Shown one piece after another: positions 1 to 12,596 of a stretch of DNA of 64,000 nucleotides (position 1 is the first letter of the stretch; every line of letters begins with the position of its first letter). A model generated the notes under the pieces. It had not been told where the DNA came from. It saw only the letters and a program-made list of their open reading frames with translations, and made no database searches. Location: contig SMSO01000007.1 in the NCBI GenBank assembly GCA_004764695.1, forward strand, positions 248,001 to 312,000, written 5' to 3'. The position numbers and the translations under genes were made by a program. The stretch comes from Schizochytrium sp. TIO01 (lineage: Eukaryota; Protista; Bigyra: Labyrinthulomycetes).

Positions 1-917
1 CAGGTGGCTTTTGCTCCTGCAAATGTAAAAATGCAATGAAAAGCTAAGCAGAGAAATTATCAGCAAGGTTAAATGATTTGAAAGCTTTCGAATAATATTC
101 TGGTCAAGATGTGGACTATTTCTACAAATGTTCTGAACAACAAGCTTTCACATATTCCAACATTGTAGAATAAAAGGATAGCTTTGTGTAAGGATAGCGC
201 TCGCCCAAAGTTACCAGCCAAACCAAACGATGTCAAGTTGATGCCACAAATGTAGATTGGAGAGGTTATTCATACGTCCTTTGTATGTGTATATTTCGGA
301 GGCAATGTCGCAGCCATCGAGCTTTGCATATGAATGCTCCATCTGCTCAAATCAATTATATATAGAATGTGAGTTCATTTCATGTGTCATGACCATAGTC
401 TACCAGCATGCTGCTCATTGTGTCTCTAAATGTGTCTCTTAGATACCTAATGGCTTTTCATGCAGATTTTTACACTTAGAAACGGGTCAAACGAATCTTC
501 AACTTTTGTCCAAGAGTGACTTGAAACGTCGACATCATGTTTCATGAAGTGAAATGTATTCATTTATAATTTATGTTGTTTCCAAAAACCCCTCTCATCC
601 AACTTTCGCAAGACGTCTATGCTGCTGATACAATTATCTCTTCCGAAATCATTAAAATTCCGGTCTTAATTATCTCACCCAAGTCTCCCTCACATGCAGT
701 ACGAAGAGGAAGATTCATAAGTTGATCAAACCTGTTATCATCCTTCACAAATTCATAATTTGAGATCTTTGCTTTGAAACATTTCGAGTTGCGTTGCCTA
801 TGATCTGTGTACTTTAGCAATTGAAAAAGACTCTTTTCGGGTTTCTGAATCGAGTTAACACTTGGAGGATCTTATGCTCCACTTGGACAATTTAACTGAT
901 GGTTTGTAGAGCTGAAA

Positions 918-2414
918 CTAGTAAAATATCGAGGTTGAATTTGGCTCAAACGAACAGGGCTCACAGGAACAGTTGTCAAATTTCCCGTCAAGCATGTCAT
1001 AGAGAGCACCTGCGGCGTTGATACGTTTCATCTGAGCAACAATACGTCGAACTCCAATGCGAGTTTGCAGAGAATCCATCAAGTTTGCAAACCCTCCAAA
1101 GAATATGAAAGCATACAACGTATAGAATGAATGCATGCGATATTGTAGAATACATTCATCGTACGAGGGAATTTGGTCAAGAGGGACTCCGTTACGGTGA
1201 AGTTCAGAAAGGTAATAGCGTAGAAGTTCTTCCTCGTCTTGGGCAAGGGCGTCCTCTGGATAGCTTGAGCCGAGAAAATATGTCACATCGCGCATAGGAT
1301 GCTCCTCACACTTCGTTTGGAAGTCAAAGGTACCCACAACACCAGTATGAGTGATGTAAAAATTGCCAATGTGCGGGTCTCCATGGCAGAGCGTCTTATT
1401 ACCTGGGCGAGACCAGAACTGGCGCAGCTTGGGCCAATGCCAAAGCGCTGTCAGGAAGACTCTTTGCATGTCAACATCAACAAGGTTGTGGGATGATGCT
1501 TGTTGAGCATTGTGCAGTGTGTACATCCCCATGAAAGCCGGCAAGTAAGGACGACGTTGGTCATTCCAGACACCAGAAGGAACGTGATTCCAGTACTTTG
1601 CATGGATTTTACTCAACGTGGAAAGTACACGTTTCGCGAGAGACTTAGAAATCTGTGTATCCCAAATGTTGGGGAACTCCACATCCTGGTATCTCAAATC
1701 ATCCATTGCTAAAACGAAGCGGCTCGGCGTCCATTGCGCAATGTGAATATGCGGAGTTAGTACAGGGAGGCGGAGGGCTGCATAGGTATGAAGCTCATTT
1801 CGGTAAACATCATAGGAAGACATGAGAACTCTCACAATCCATTTTCGAGCCTGAATTTTTGCAAAGATTGGTGTCGAGGTGCTTGCAACACCTTGCTGCT
1901 GAAAATTTGCTTCATCAGTATATGTGACCTTGAGCCAGGTCCTCTCTGTGCTATTTGCATGCTGTTCAAGTCGATCCGCAAATGAAACTTGGCTAACCGA
2001 GCGGCCTGCAAGTCGAGCAAAGAGGTCTGGTTTGAGGAGATCATTTATTGAAGCTGGTAGACGCTCCTCTTCGTGGACCTTTAAATGTGTATGGGCAATA
2101 TCTTTTAGGAAAGGCCATATGCTAACCACAAATATGGTGCTTGTTACAAGCAGTTCGTGCAGAAGGAAAAATGTCTTTTGAATAAGGGTAGGATCATAAC
2201 CGTCGCGACTTTGTGAAGTACATGCTGTTGCAGACGATCCGCGCCGAGGCCTTCTTGAGAAAAGGGATACGGTCGCATTATCCCCCCCATCGTTAATTCG
2301 ACTGTCTATAACTCCATTGCGCGATCCCAGAAGGCCCTGCCTATGTTTAATTTGACGGTGGTCCTCTTTGTTGCTCTCGTCAACACCCAAACATTGTTTT
2401 CGCTGCTCCCGCAT
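918..2414 (-). CDS. Ecdysteroid-kinase-like / aminoglycoside phosphotransferase (APH/choline kinase fold) protein
   Basis: 498-aa ORF; IFAK beta3 Lys, YRNE helix C, LSKIHAKYW, Brenner motif LCHGDPHIGNFY, FDFQ metal-binding loop, PMRDVTYFL; hydrophobic segment near the N-terminus. Confidence 0.85.
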   Translation of the reverse strand: MREQRKQCLGVDESNKEDHRQIKHRQGLLGSRNGVIDSRINDGGDNATVSLFSRRPRRGSSATACTSQSRDGYDPTLIQKTFFLLHELLVTSTIFVVSIWPFLKDIAHTHLKVHEEERLPASINDLLKPDLFARLAGRSVSQVSFADRLEQHANSTERTWLKVTYTDEANFQQQGVASTSTPIFAKIQARKWIVRVLMSSYDVYRNELHTYAALRLPVLTPHIHIAQWTPSRFVLAMDDLRYQDVEFPNIWDTQISKSLAKRVLSTLSKIHAKYWNHVPSGVWNDQRRPYLPAFMGMYTLHNAQQASSHNLVDVDMQRVFLTALWHWPKLRQFWSRPGNKTLCHGDPHIGNFYITHTGVVGTFDFQTKCEEHPMRDVTYFLGSSYPEDALAQDEEELLRYYLSELHRNGVPLDQIPSYDECILQYRMHSFYTLYAFIFFGGFANLMDSLQTRIGVRRIVAQMKRINAAGALYDMLDGKFDNCSCEPCSFEPNSTSIFY

Positions 2415-3781
2415 TAGCCTTAGTAAAAGCTTGGTGTGCTCCCAAACTCTGTGGAAAACTTCGTAGTGTTAGGTACAAGAGAACAGGATTTAATTGAGAA
2501 GTCAAGTATTTTCTGTTGTTCACAATCTTCAACTAGATTGTAGCTGTTCCGGTTCTGCAAATAGCATCCCTAAAGCCCAACTGCTGCACTTGCAAGCCTG
2601 GCAAAGTTGTCTTTGTCTTAGTTCCTGGTAGCTTATAATTTCTTCACAAAGAAGAAGGAGAAGATCTCCTCTTGACTTTCACTTGTTCAAGCTAGAGAGA
2701 AGGTACCTTGGTACTAGAAATAATAACAATTCTGTACCTGCGCTTTCCGCGTCGTCTTTGTTGTTGTCGTCCCACAACACGCCGATTCCACCTCGAAAGG
2801 GGCTTCAAGGAGACTTGCAAAGCCTTCAGAGTCTTTCTCACGGGAGAGAGAGGAGTCCGCTCAGTGCCAATGGACCACAGGCCGTCGCGAAGGCGGGGTT
2901 CCTAAGCCGCAGATAAGGGTTCTGATTCACGTCCGCTTTCTTCGGTCTTTCTTTCTCTTCTTTTTTGATCTCGTTTCTTTTGTGTTGTTAATTATAGTCT
3001 CTTCCTCCTTTTATCTCCTAATTTCCTTTCTTGGGTTCCTGAACTGATGATTGAGGCGATTAAAACGTCATGTGCTACGAGGCACTGGCGGATAGATGGA
3101 AGCCTGTGCGCGCTTCTGCCACCCACTGCTGTGGCTATTGCATTCTCTACGCATAGTTGGGGCGGGTTGCCATATATGAAGGCTCGAGAGATGTTCGGGT
3201 ACAACTATGGTTATTGTTCAAAGAGGTAGCTTGTACCAAAAAGGGGAACCTAAGCTCATGACAGCCACGCCCTTTTGATGCATTTATGTATAAATAAATA
3301 TTGTACGGGTGATCACCAAATCAGTGAGTGCCACGCCACACCTGGGGCTAAAGCAGTAAATGCGGAACTTGATGTCATGCACAAGTTTTGTGAAACGACA
3401 AACTCGCTGCTGGTAATAAATAATTCTTGTACAAACTCATAAGTAAGCTCTTGTGAAAATATTAACTCGTACATGAGCTCTTGCTTCATCGAGATAATAA
3501 ATATATTTGGGCTTGTTGTCTTCATGAAGTTTTCTTTTGACCTATCTATAATCGAAACTCACTGTCAAACCAAACGACACGAATTTCTCAGGGTGGTTCG
3601 AGTTTAACTGGAGCTTGTTACTTCCAAGCTGCATACGAAGAGTTCGTTAATTCATCAAATCATGTCATACTTGCCTTGTGGAGATATTCAAAGAGAAGCA
3701 TATATATTTGGTTCTGAACTGATAGGGGATTATTTCCCTTGACAAAAGGCGCCTTTAACAAAGTAAGATAGCTTTTTGTCC

Positions 3782-3854
3782 GTGCGAACGTGAAATTTGG
3801 TTCTGCAAAACTATTGTTTATGCCGGTGCGAATGTCAAGTTTGGTTCTGCAAAA
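3782..3854. repeat. Imperfect direct repeat, 2 x ~29 bp (GTGCGAAYGT.AARTTTGGTTCTGCAAAA)
   Basis: gtgcgaacgtgaaatttggttctgcaaaa at 3782 and gtgcgaatgtcaagtttggttctgcaaaa at 3826. Confidence 0.7.
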
Positions 3855-5086
3855 TGGTTTTTATTTTTTCCAAAAGTCAAAGATTTTAAGTATATACTTT
3901 ATAGTTACTTTGTGAATCTATTTGAGTAAAATCATGCAAAAATCCGTCCCGCGTTTAGATCTGTGAAGCCTATTATTAAATGTGCGACTATCCTTTATAT
4001 GAAGAAAGGCTGCCAAAAAGCTAGTCTTCCACTAGTTTGTTTTATTTTAATGTTCTAGCGACTTTAATTCATCGGAATAATTGTTTTACCAATAAGCTTG
4101 GTTTGATGTAGCGCATTACTAGGTGAAGATGAGTAGCGTATGCGCCCTTAATGTTGACAAAGAGCTTTCGTTGGTTTTCTCGCGACGGTCGCAAAGCAAG
4201 AACACTTCAGAAAGCCACTGTAAGGATCTGCTTTCTAGGAACAAAACCTCCAGACAAGAATTGCACTCTCGAACTAGAGGTATTTGATTCAAGCTCGGCA
4301 ACAAGGAGAACCCAAGTACGACGCTTTAAAGCTCTGCCCTTACTTTTTGGACTCCGAGTCAATTAGAGCAGCATTGAATGAAATTGTGAAAAGTTGAATG
4401 GTAATGTACGGCCCAGACTAGAGGGTAAAAGGAGTGAAGGCATAGAGAAAGCATGGAGAAAATAACATGGATTTTCCATTTTATTAGAATGCGAGATTGC
4501 TATAGAAATTGAATTGCATTGTCATTGGGTTGCAGGAATAAAGGGGTAGATTGATAGGATAGCAAAAGGAGTAGAAAGGTTCCTACTCCACAATTATTTT
4601 GTTTGAAATCGTAAGGGTCATGTGGTGCTCATTTTACACTAGGTACACAAAGCAGCAGATGGTATTTTATAAATGAATTTTTGGGGAAAAAACATCTATA
4701 CATACCTATTTGAAAGGCTAATGATGACGTTGGAGAACACAGGAATAAACTCAGGGTTGTATTCCTGGCGATTAGAAACTTAATCGCTTGATTACTGTTC
4801 GGCCTTTCGCTTGGGTCACCGAATGAAAAACGAGGAAAAAGAGGGAGGTTGTATATACTTGCGTATCATGAATATGGATTGTGTTTCTCATCGCGAGAAA
4901 GATTGGTACGCATCTTGATAAGAGCAAATTACATTGAAGGTGCAGCGTTGCCTTCGGGCATCATCATCATGAGCGGGAAGGGAGCGGGGAAGAAGGAAAA
5001 AAGAGAATTGAGAATTCATGGTCATGGAACTTGCGAGATAGTGTGTTCTCAGGCAAGGGGGGAGGATGAGTAGAGATGCACCATGC

Positions 5087-5635
5087 TTAGGGAGATGATG
5101 ATGCAGGTGAGTCTCCAGAGATCCGCTTGAGGCTTCGTCTGTCACGATTCTTCTCAAGCTGCACTGAGATATCCTCAAGCTGCTCAACATAGTGTGGATG
5201 AATGTTCACGGCAGGGCGTTGGCGCTTGACAAGTTCGTATGCAGAGTCAAAGTCTTTCTTCCAGTACTTCATGAGGTAGAGGATTGCGATAGCCGGGCTG
5301 CGGTTAACACCGGATGTGCAGTGGATGAGGATGCGACCGTTCTTGGCACCGTCGAGGATGAATCCTTCAACGTCTTTGAAGAAGATTTCAAGGTCGTCAG
5401 AGCCATCATCTGCGAGCGGTGCACACATGAACTCCAGTTTGCTGTCTGGGTCCGGATACTTTGCAGAGGCTTCGAGGCACAGCACATGTGTAAACTTCAT
5501 CGGGTTGGCCATCTTGGCTGACATGGCGTCCAACCTGTTGCCCACAAAGAGATGTCCCGAGACGATTTGTGACGGCATCTCGCCCATCGAGGTCTCCCTC
5601 ACCATGCGGCTCTTGGATGCGTTGCTGTTTCCCAT
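5087..5635 (-). CDS. Atypical dual-specificity protein phosphatase, probably N-myristoylated
   Basis: 182 aa; PSQIVSGHLFVGN, general-acid loop PLADDG, intact CX5R signature ILIHCTSGVNRS, VKRQRP; N-terminus MGNSNAS fits the myristoylation consensus. Confidence 0.93.
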   Translation of the reverse strand: MGNSNASKSRMVRETSMGEMPSQIVSGHLFVGNRLDAMSAKMANPMKFTHVLCLEASAKYPDPDSKLEFMCAPLADDGSDDLEIFFKDVEGFILDGAKNGRILIHCTSGVNRSPAIAILYLMKYWKKDFDSAYELVKRQRPAVNIHPHYVEQLEDISVQLEKNRDRRSLKRISGDSPASSSP

Positions 5636-7926
5636 CTTGATCCCTCAAAAGCTCGCTCCGTCAATGCGTGAGTGAACAAACCCTTGCTTGTCTTTCCCAA
5701 ACCGACACTGCTGGGTCTTTGGTAATGTGAAGTGTATGTTCGACACTTCAATCACTCAACGTGAAAGCACCAACCCGCCAATAACGACTAGGTCTCCAGT
5801 TTCTTCGGTGTGCTCCACCACGTATTCGTAGTCTTTCCTCGCGCGAACAAAGATCGTGTGCTTGCTTGCTTGCTTGCTCAGGCACAGTCGAATTCGATTC
5901 TGTCACTCTTGAAAAGAACAAAAAGAAAAGAAAAAGCAAACAAGAAACAAACTTTTGAAAAGGGAGCCTCCCAGCGATCCACGATCCCTCGAGCCACCTC
6001 GTCTGACTCCGCCGCTCGAGCCACCTAGCTCGATCCCGTGTCGCTGCCTGGTCCTCCCAAGTCTCCAACGTCGCCGTTCAGGCTGACTAGCTAGCTCGCC
6101 CGACGACGCGGGTTATAGGCACCGGCTGTCTCGAAGACCTCGATAGGGTTTTGTTGGTTGTTTGTTGTTTGTTTATTGTTTGTTTGTTGCGGCCAAGGAC
6201 AAAGTGGGCCTTCGTTTAGTCTACAGTATCCACAGTAGGTTATACCGCCGCTCTACAGTAGAGCAAATCCAGAGCACAGTAGAACAAAAGCCCGCCTCAG
6301 TGGACTATAGCGTCCCCTCAAGTCGGTCTCTCTCTGCGCCTTTTCTGCTTCCTTTTCTTTGCTTGCGTTTGCTCTTGTTCGCGGATCGACGCTCTCCCCT
6401 CTGCCTCACAGCCGCCCCTCACAGCCGCTTCCTCCCTCCCATAAACGCCTGCGCTGCGGGCAGAGGGGGGTGAGGGCGGCCCTCACTGGGCGCCCGCGCT
6501 TCGACTCAGGGGCGATGTGGTATCCCTTGCTCTAACTAATAACCAGCTGCGGTCACCGCTGTGGGCGCGGTGTGGGTACAGGGGCGGTCGAACGAAGCTG
6601 GGGAGGCGCCGCCGCCCTGAGGGGCCTCGATTCCTATACTCTACTTGCCGCAAATTAGTTCTACTTGCGGCCTCCAAATCCTACAGTGCTGTGCCCTATT
6701 CTCTACTTGCGGGCGGCCCTATAGCCTACTTTCCCCCCGCCTGCTAGTGGGCGCCTAGGCGGCGGTAGGCGCCCCTCTTCCTGAGACCGAGTCAGTTGCA
6801 GCAAGTGAAGAATGATCGAAGAAGGAGAGAGGAAACGGGTCTCTGCTTTGATCCGGACCCGTCTGATCTCGAGTGAGTCGGCCCAAAAGCACTGTCTCTT
6901 TGGCCCTTCTTCTCTGCGGATTTCCGTATCCGCAGATGAATATATTACATGCATGCATGTATCCTTGCTTTGCAGTGGCTTTTGTGTGATGTCGTCTATT
7001 TTTAATGCATAAAATTGCTTTTAGAGCTCTTTGAAAGTAAAATATACTTCTTCTATTTTAATTTAATTTAGTTTAGTTTAATTTAGTTTAGATTAATTTT
7101 GTTTTGTTTTGTTTTGTTTGTACTAATATTTTATTGCGTGCGTGCTGGTTTCTAAGGGTGCCTAGGCGTTTGCTAAGGGTGTATTGAGGTTATGAACGTA
7201 GGTACTTTCTGGCACTCCTACGGTAAAGAGTAGCGGGTTCTAGTTCCGGGTTGAGGTACCGCAGAAAGCGAAAGGCGGCGAAGATCGATACACGCAGCGA
7301 AGATAGATCTCAGGGTTGCGGGAGTAGAGAATCGCGACGCCTGAAGGCGCTTCGTCTTCTCGAAACCCGCTTCTAGCTCGTCCTCTGCCTGCACTCATGG
7401 TACCTGTTCATGAGCGAGCAAGCAGTTCAACAAGTGAGCGAGCAAACCCACGAAAGAATTAAAAGATAAACAAACATTACAAACAACTGTAAATCATTTA
7501 TTTATTTATTTATTTATTTATAAAAGAGCCTCAAGCAGAAGAACTTTAGGTTGGTCTGCCTGGCGTGCTTCTCGACGCCCTCGCAGTAACGGGCTTAGGC
7601 CGGAGCGTCTTCGACGAAGTAGGCCAAAGATGCCGTCGTTCCCAGCTCCTGCGGCCTCAGTTCGTTTCTGATCGCCGCGCTGCGAGACGAGTGCTGCTGC
7701 TGCTGCTGGCGAAGAAGCCACCCTCCTTCGTGGCGTGCGTGGGCTAGCGATACGCCTAGGAGGCCACTAGCAGCCAGAGAGAGAATAGGGGTGTGTACTG
7801 CGATCTTGGAAAGTTTAGAGAGGAGGAAGAAGAAAGAAGAAGCCTTTCCACTATTCATCATTATTGTGTATATGTGTTTAAAAGCTTTTCTAACAATGTG
7901 TTTTCAATTGTATCTCACGAATATTC

Positions 7927-8050
7927 AATTGAAGCGAATTGAAGCGAATTGAAGTGAATTGAAGCGAATTGAAGTGAATTGAAGCGAATTGAAGCGAATT
8001 GAAGCGAATTGAATTGAATTGAATTGGATTGAAGTGAATTGAAGTGAATT
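7927..8050. repeat. Tandem minisatellite, 10-bp unit GAAGYGAATT (degenerating to GAATT)
   Basis: About 12 consecutive units visible directly. Confidence 0.95.
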
Positions 8051-11000
8051 TAGAATTAAATTATGGTATAAGATGAAAAAGATGGCTCAAGCCGCGCAGA
8101 AGAATCCAAAAGCAAGCCCAAAGGCGAACTCGCTGAGCATATGTATGTATGTATGTTTGTATGTATGTATGCATGCATATACGCTTTGGCTCTTCAGGAG
8201 CCTTGGGCAAAAGTGGCCAAGGTTGGAGACGAAAGCGACGCGGCCGACGATAGATTGCGCTCGCTCCTCTGCTTGGAGGGCTCGAAATGGAGGAAATCGC
8301 CATCGACATCGATCCACTTCGAAAGCCGAAGGATCTTCGCTCTTATGGCGAACAGTACTCAATGCGAAATCGCCCACGAAGTGGACATTCTTCAGGCAAG
8401 AAGAAGCGAGAAATCGTTGACTTCGGCCTCACGTTTGGACGTGAAGTTTCAAGTTTCAAGGTTCAAGGTTCAAGATCCCAAGATCGATCCGAGAGCCCAA
8501 AACCAAAGCAAGAGTCGATATCCATAGAGAGATCATGGTTGAAAGGTATCGCTTTGAATTTGTATGGATTTGTATGGATTTGTATGTTTGTATATATGTA
8601 TGCATGCATGTATGTCCGCCCCATTCGAGGATCGCTTTGACGCATATGCGTCCACTCATTTACAGATCGAACGATCTTTGAGCTTGAAACGTCGAAGGTA
8701 TTATTTCATTGTCTGTTTCATAAGAGCCCTTCGTTCATTTAACTTTCATTGAATTTCATTTCATCGAATTTCATTTCATCTTTCGAATAAAATAAGTCCG
8801 CTTTACCAAAGTTGAAAGAAACCGGAATGACGACGCCCTTTGTATGTACTTACGCACTCACTTAGTTCAAAACATACTTCAAAACATACTTTAGAACTTA
8901 CTTTCTTTCTTTCTTACTGACGTTGTTTAATTGTTTAGTTAAATCTGCTTCGCGTTGGCCTTTGCAGTTTACAATGTTGGTCGATCGCTGAGATGGTGAT
9001 GAAAGGGCCACGAAGCGGAAGGCAGAGAAGAGAGGGCGCCTGAAGAAATAGACAGCTTTGCGAGGCCTGCGAAAGAGCCTTTGGCCAATGATTGATTCTC
9101 TGCTCCTTTGGAGCTTCTTTTTCATTTTCATTTCCATTTTCATTTTCATTTTCTCTTTCTTTTTCATTTCCTTTCTCCACGAAATCTTTTTCTTTCTCCA
9201 CGAAATCTTTCGTCTCTCAGTTCTTGGCGAGTTCTTGCATCCGCCGGTTTCCGAACACACGCTGCGGGGATCGAACCTCCCACAGTCCCCTCGCGCCCTC
9301 TCAAGCGCCACTGGCCCACGGAGGATGATCCGCAGCTCCGGTATATCCCACCCTGCCCCAATTCTGTGGTAGCCACATAGGCTAAATTGGTAAAATTGGT
9401 CGCGTGGGGGGGTCTCTCCGGGAGACTGCGCTGCTCGGAGATTGCGAGCCTCTGCGCGTCACGAGTGCGATCGCAACGACCGCCTTCCCCACAGCGACGT
9501 CACGGCCGCACTATGGACAAGCAGGGGGCCGCAACGCATTCTACCACAGCCAGCCTTGCGCTGTGGGGAAAGGGGGAACCCGACGCCAGATCCTGGGACC
9601 TTAGCGAGGGGTAGCAGTCGCTTAGCGGGCGGTGCCTAGGCGGGCGGTAGCTACTGCTAGGAGCTGCGAGATTGAGGTTCCCATTGAGGTTCTCATTGAG
9701 GTTCTTGAAGTCGTTGTGCTGGTTCTTGAAGACTCCTTCTTCTTCGGCGCCCGGGTTCGTGAGGTGTCTGTCGCCGCCAAAGCGCAATGGGCCTCGTCGA
9801 ATGCAGAATACCGATGTCCTGCTGTCGCGTTTGCGGCAGGCTTCATGGGCCTGTCTGCGCGCTGTGCGTGATCTGGGATGCATATGGATGCATGCATGCA
9901 GTTCTGGAGGAGGGATACGGGAAATAAGCGGAGGAATCAAAGCTGGAATGGTCGCTGCGCATCTCTTCGTGTTGGTGGACCAGGAGAACGGTCAGCGGAG
10001 CCGACTTTGGCTGCGAGCCCGAACTGGCGATCGACTGCTGCAAAAGACCTTGGAGACGTCCTTGAGGTCGAGCAGCCCCTGAATGAAAAGCTAGAGCTCC
10101 AGCTCCAGCTCTCGAGAGCTCGAGATGAGCGATGGAGCTCGAAGCTGCTGGCCGAGCTGGAGCTGAGCTGGGACGGGGAGAACCGCCAAGAACTCGATGA
10201 TGACAGCTCGTCGATTTCTTCGCGCGATCATCCGCTCGCTCATTCGTTCGTTTCGAAGGGCGATTCTGTGATTCTGTGAGATGATTCTGTGACTCAGGTG
10301 GTTGATTCTATGAGGTGCTAAATAAGAAGAAGGTGCTGAAGGGCAAAACTAAAATGTAGCGATTCCCGCCGGTTCTTTGGGCGCCGGTGGAGGGATCATC
10401 TTTCCGAGGTCGCCCAGCTCGCGATCGACTGCAAGCGTGCAGGGAAGGGTGAATGGGTGGTCGACGACGGTTCTCAGGTTTGGCAAGCATCGAAACTGTG
10501 CTTTCGGTTGTGTTTGTTTGATTGTTTGTTTGCCTGCTTGCTTGCTTGCTTGCTTTCCTGAGGTTGACAAACCAAGGACCGTGAATCGAGGATCGTGGAC
10601 GAAGACTTTACGCAAATGGGCTCAGGAAACCAAGCAATGCAAAGAAAGCAATGTCTAGGTAATCGTGCAAAGCGGTAAGGGCGGTGGTGCTGGTGCGAGA
10701 TTGATTGGTCGAAGAAAGCACAATGTAGCTGTCTGTCTGTCTGCCTGCCTGCCTGTCTGTCGAGGTCTCTTGGAACAGCACCAGATGATCTCTTTCTTGT
10801 GCGAAAACCTCATCGTTGTGCACAATTAATTCACGGCAGATTTACTCTTCCGGGAGCGCGACGCTGGTGTCCAAGTTGAATCAAGGCTCATCGAGAAATT
10901 CGCCATCGATCGATCGTGATAAACTCAATGATTGAGGATCGAGAGGCGTGCATTACTTATCATTACTCCAAGCTGAGAGTGAACGCAAATCGCCTCGAAA

Positions 11001-12596
11001 CTTGACCGGCGTTCCTCCCATCCTTGTGACTTGGACAAGCAAGGGCTTTCTCGTCCTCTGTGGCCCCTTCAAGTCCGCTGGCGCCGGCCCCGCTGAAGTC
11101 GCGCTCGGGCAACTCAAGTCCTCAATGAGGGAAGCAATTCTATGAAAGGACTAAGGGCCACTAGGCAATAGCTACCGGCAAAACGCCATCGTCGTGAAAC
11201 TGGAGCTGCTCATGCCTCTAGTTGGTGATAATGATGACTATGACGAGTCGATGACTCGGCGTCGGAACCAGAGAACTCTCATGATGCGTCATGCATAGGT
11301 ACACACGTGTCTGTTTGTTTGTTTGTTGTTTGTCCATTCAGCCCTGCATCATTTCGTTGTGGAGTAAATTATTTTGTTGGATAGGGAGAGGGATGGCTGA
11401 TGCCAATCGGCGGGGTCGTTCACTTCGGTTCTGCTTCGCAAAATAGCAGAGGCTAGCACCGCCTAGGGCCACGGTACTAGCTTATACAGCTCATCATATC
11501 ATGTCCCTCAGTGACAATGATTGAATGAATCGAAAGAAGTATGTGATAGGCAAGGTGGGTAGTAGCATTATTAGAATTGGCATTAGCAGTAGTAGTAGAA
11601 GTATTAGGTGCATATGTAGCTGGTATATATTTTTTCGAAAGTTGGAATGAATGCTCCGAGGTCGCTACAATTTGCCCCTTCAAGATCTACAGCAAAGTCA
11701 TACTTGGATAGACGAGGGATTTGTTTTAAAACCCAACAGATTGGGAACGAATAAATTGCGAAGCAGCATAATAACTTTCATGCAAGGCTGATCTACTAGT
11801 TCTACTTCGTGATTAAACAAATGTTTACATGACATACGCTGACTACATTGCGAAGAAATCTCATGCGAGTTTGAAGGCATATGTTAAGATCGCTTGAGGA
11901 ATATTTCTTGGTAACAATTCTATGTCGCTTGAGCATTTTTAATTGTAAGTAAGAAGGATTGTGTCTGAGGGCTGCTTCGTAATCGGAACGCTCTTTCTAG
12001 TGTACATTTGCAACGGTCTCTCTCTCTCTCTCCTCTCCTCCCTTTCCCTGTGCCAAATGAGAAGGTTGTATTATATAAAAATTGATGAGGTTTTTTCATG
12101 CGAAACAAGCTTGATTCGAAGTCCATGGGATACGGCACTGATACAAGCCATTATCATATACGTATGTGCCAATCAAACTACTCTAATAAGCATTTTATCG
12201 GTCCAACAATATATATGAAACTGGATTTAAAGAGTAGGGTAGAGACATACAATGCTTGTTTCTGCCCTTAGTTACCTCCCTTCTCTTCGCTTTTCATTAT
12301 AAATACTACCTTTAAGGTGTGTACTTGTACGAATCTGAGAATGTGAATGCGGGGAACACAAACACAGCGCGCGGAAAGTCTGGCAAAAATTGGCCAACAC
12401 TCATGAGCATCGAGGTTAGCCAAAAGGCACTTCACAATAAAAAAGGCAGATACTTTGCTGGGTGTTTCAATGAAAAAATCTGTATGCTGAAGGGCAAGTA
12501 CGTAGAGCTGCGAGAAAGCATCACTCCGGTTAACCCGAAGAAGCTAAGCGCTGACCTGACAACGAAAATCAAGGAGTTCTACGAGACAAAAGTAGC

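Noticed and set aside
7200-7260. tRNA/SINE B-box-like GGTTCTAGTTCC
   Set aside because: No cloverleaf or properly spaced A-box
7927-8050. Heat-shock element array
   Set aside because: The nGAAn units are all direct; canonical HSEs need alternating GAA/TTC
5748-11145. Dozens of 60-146 aa ORFs on both strands
   Set aside because: They overlap in all frames, run through microsatellites and show no recognisable domains, as expected by chance in GC-rich DNA
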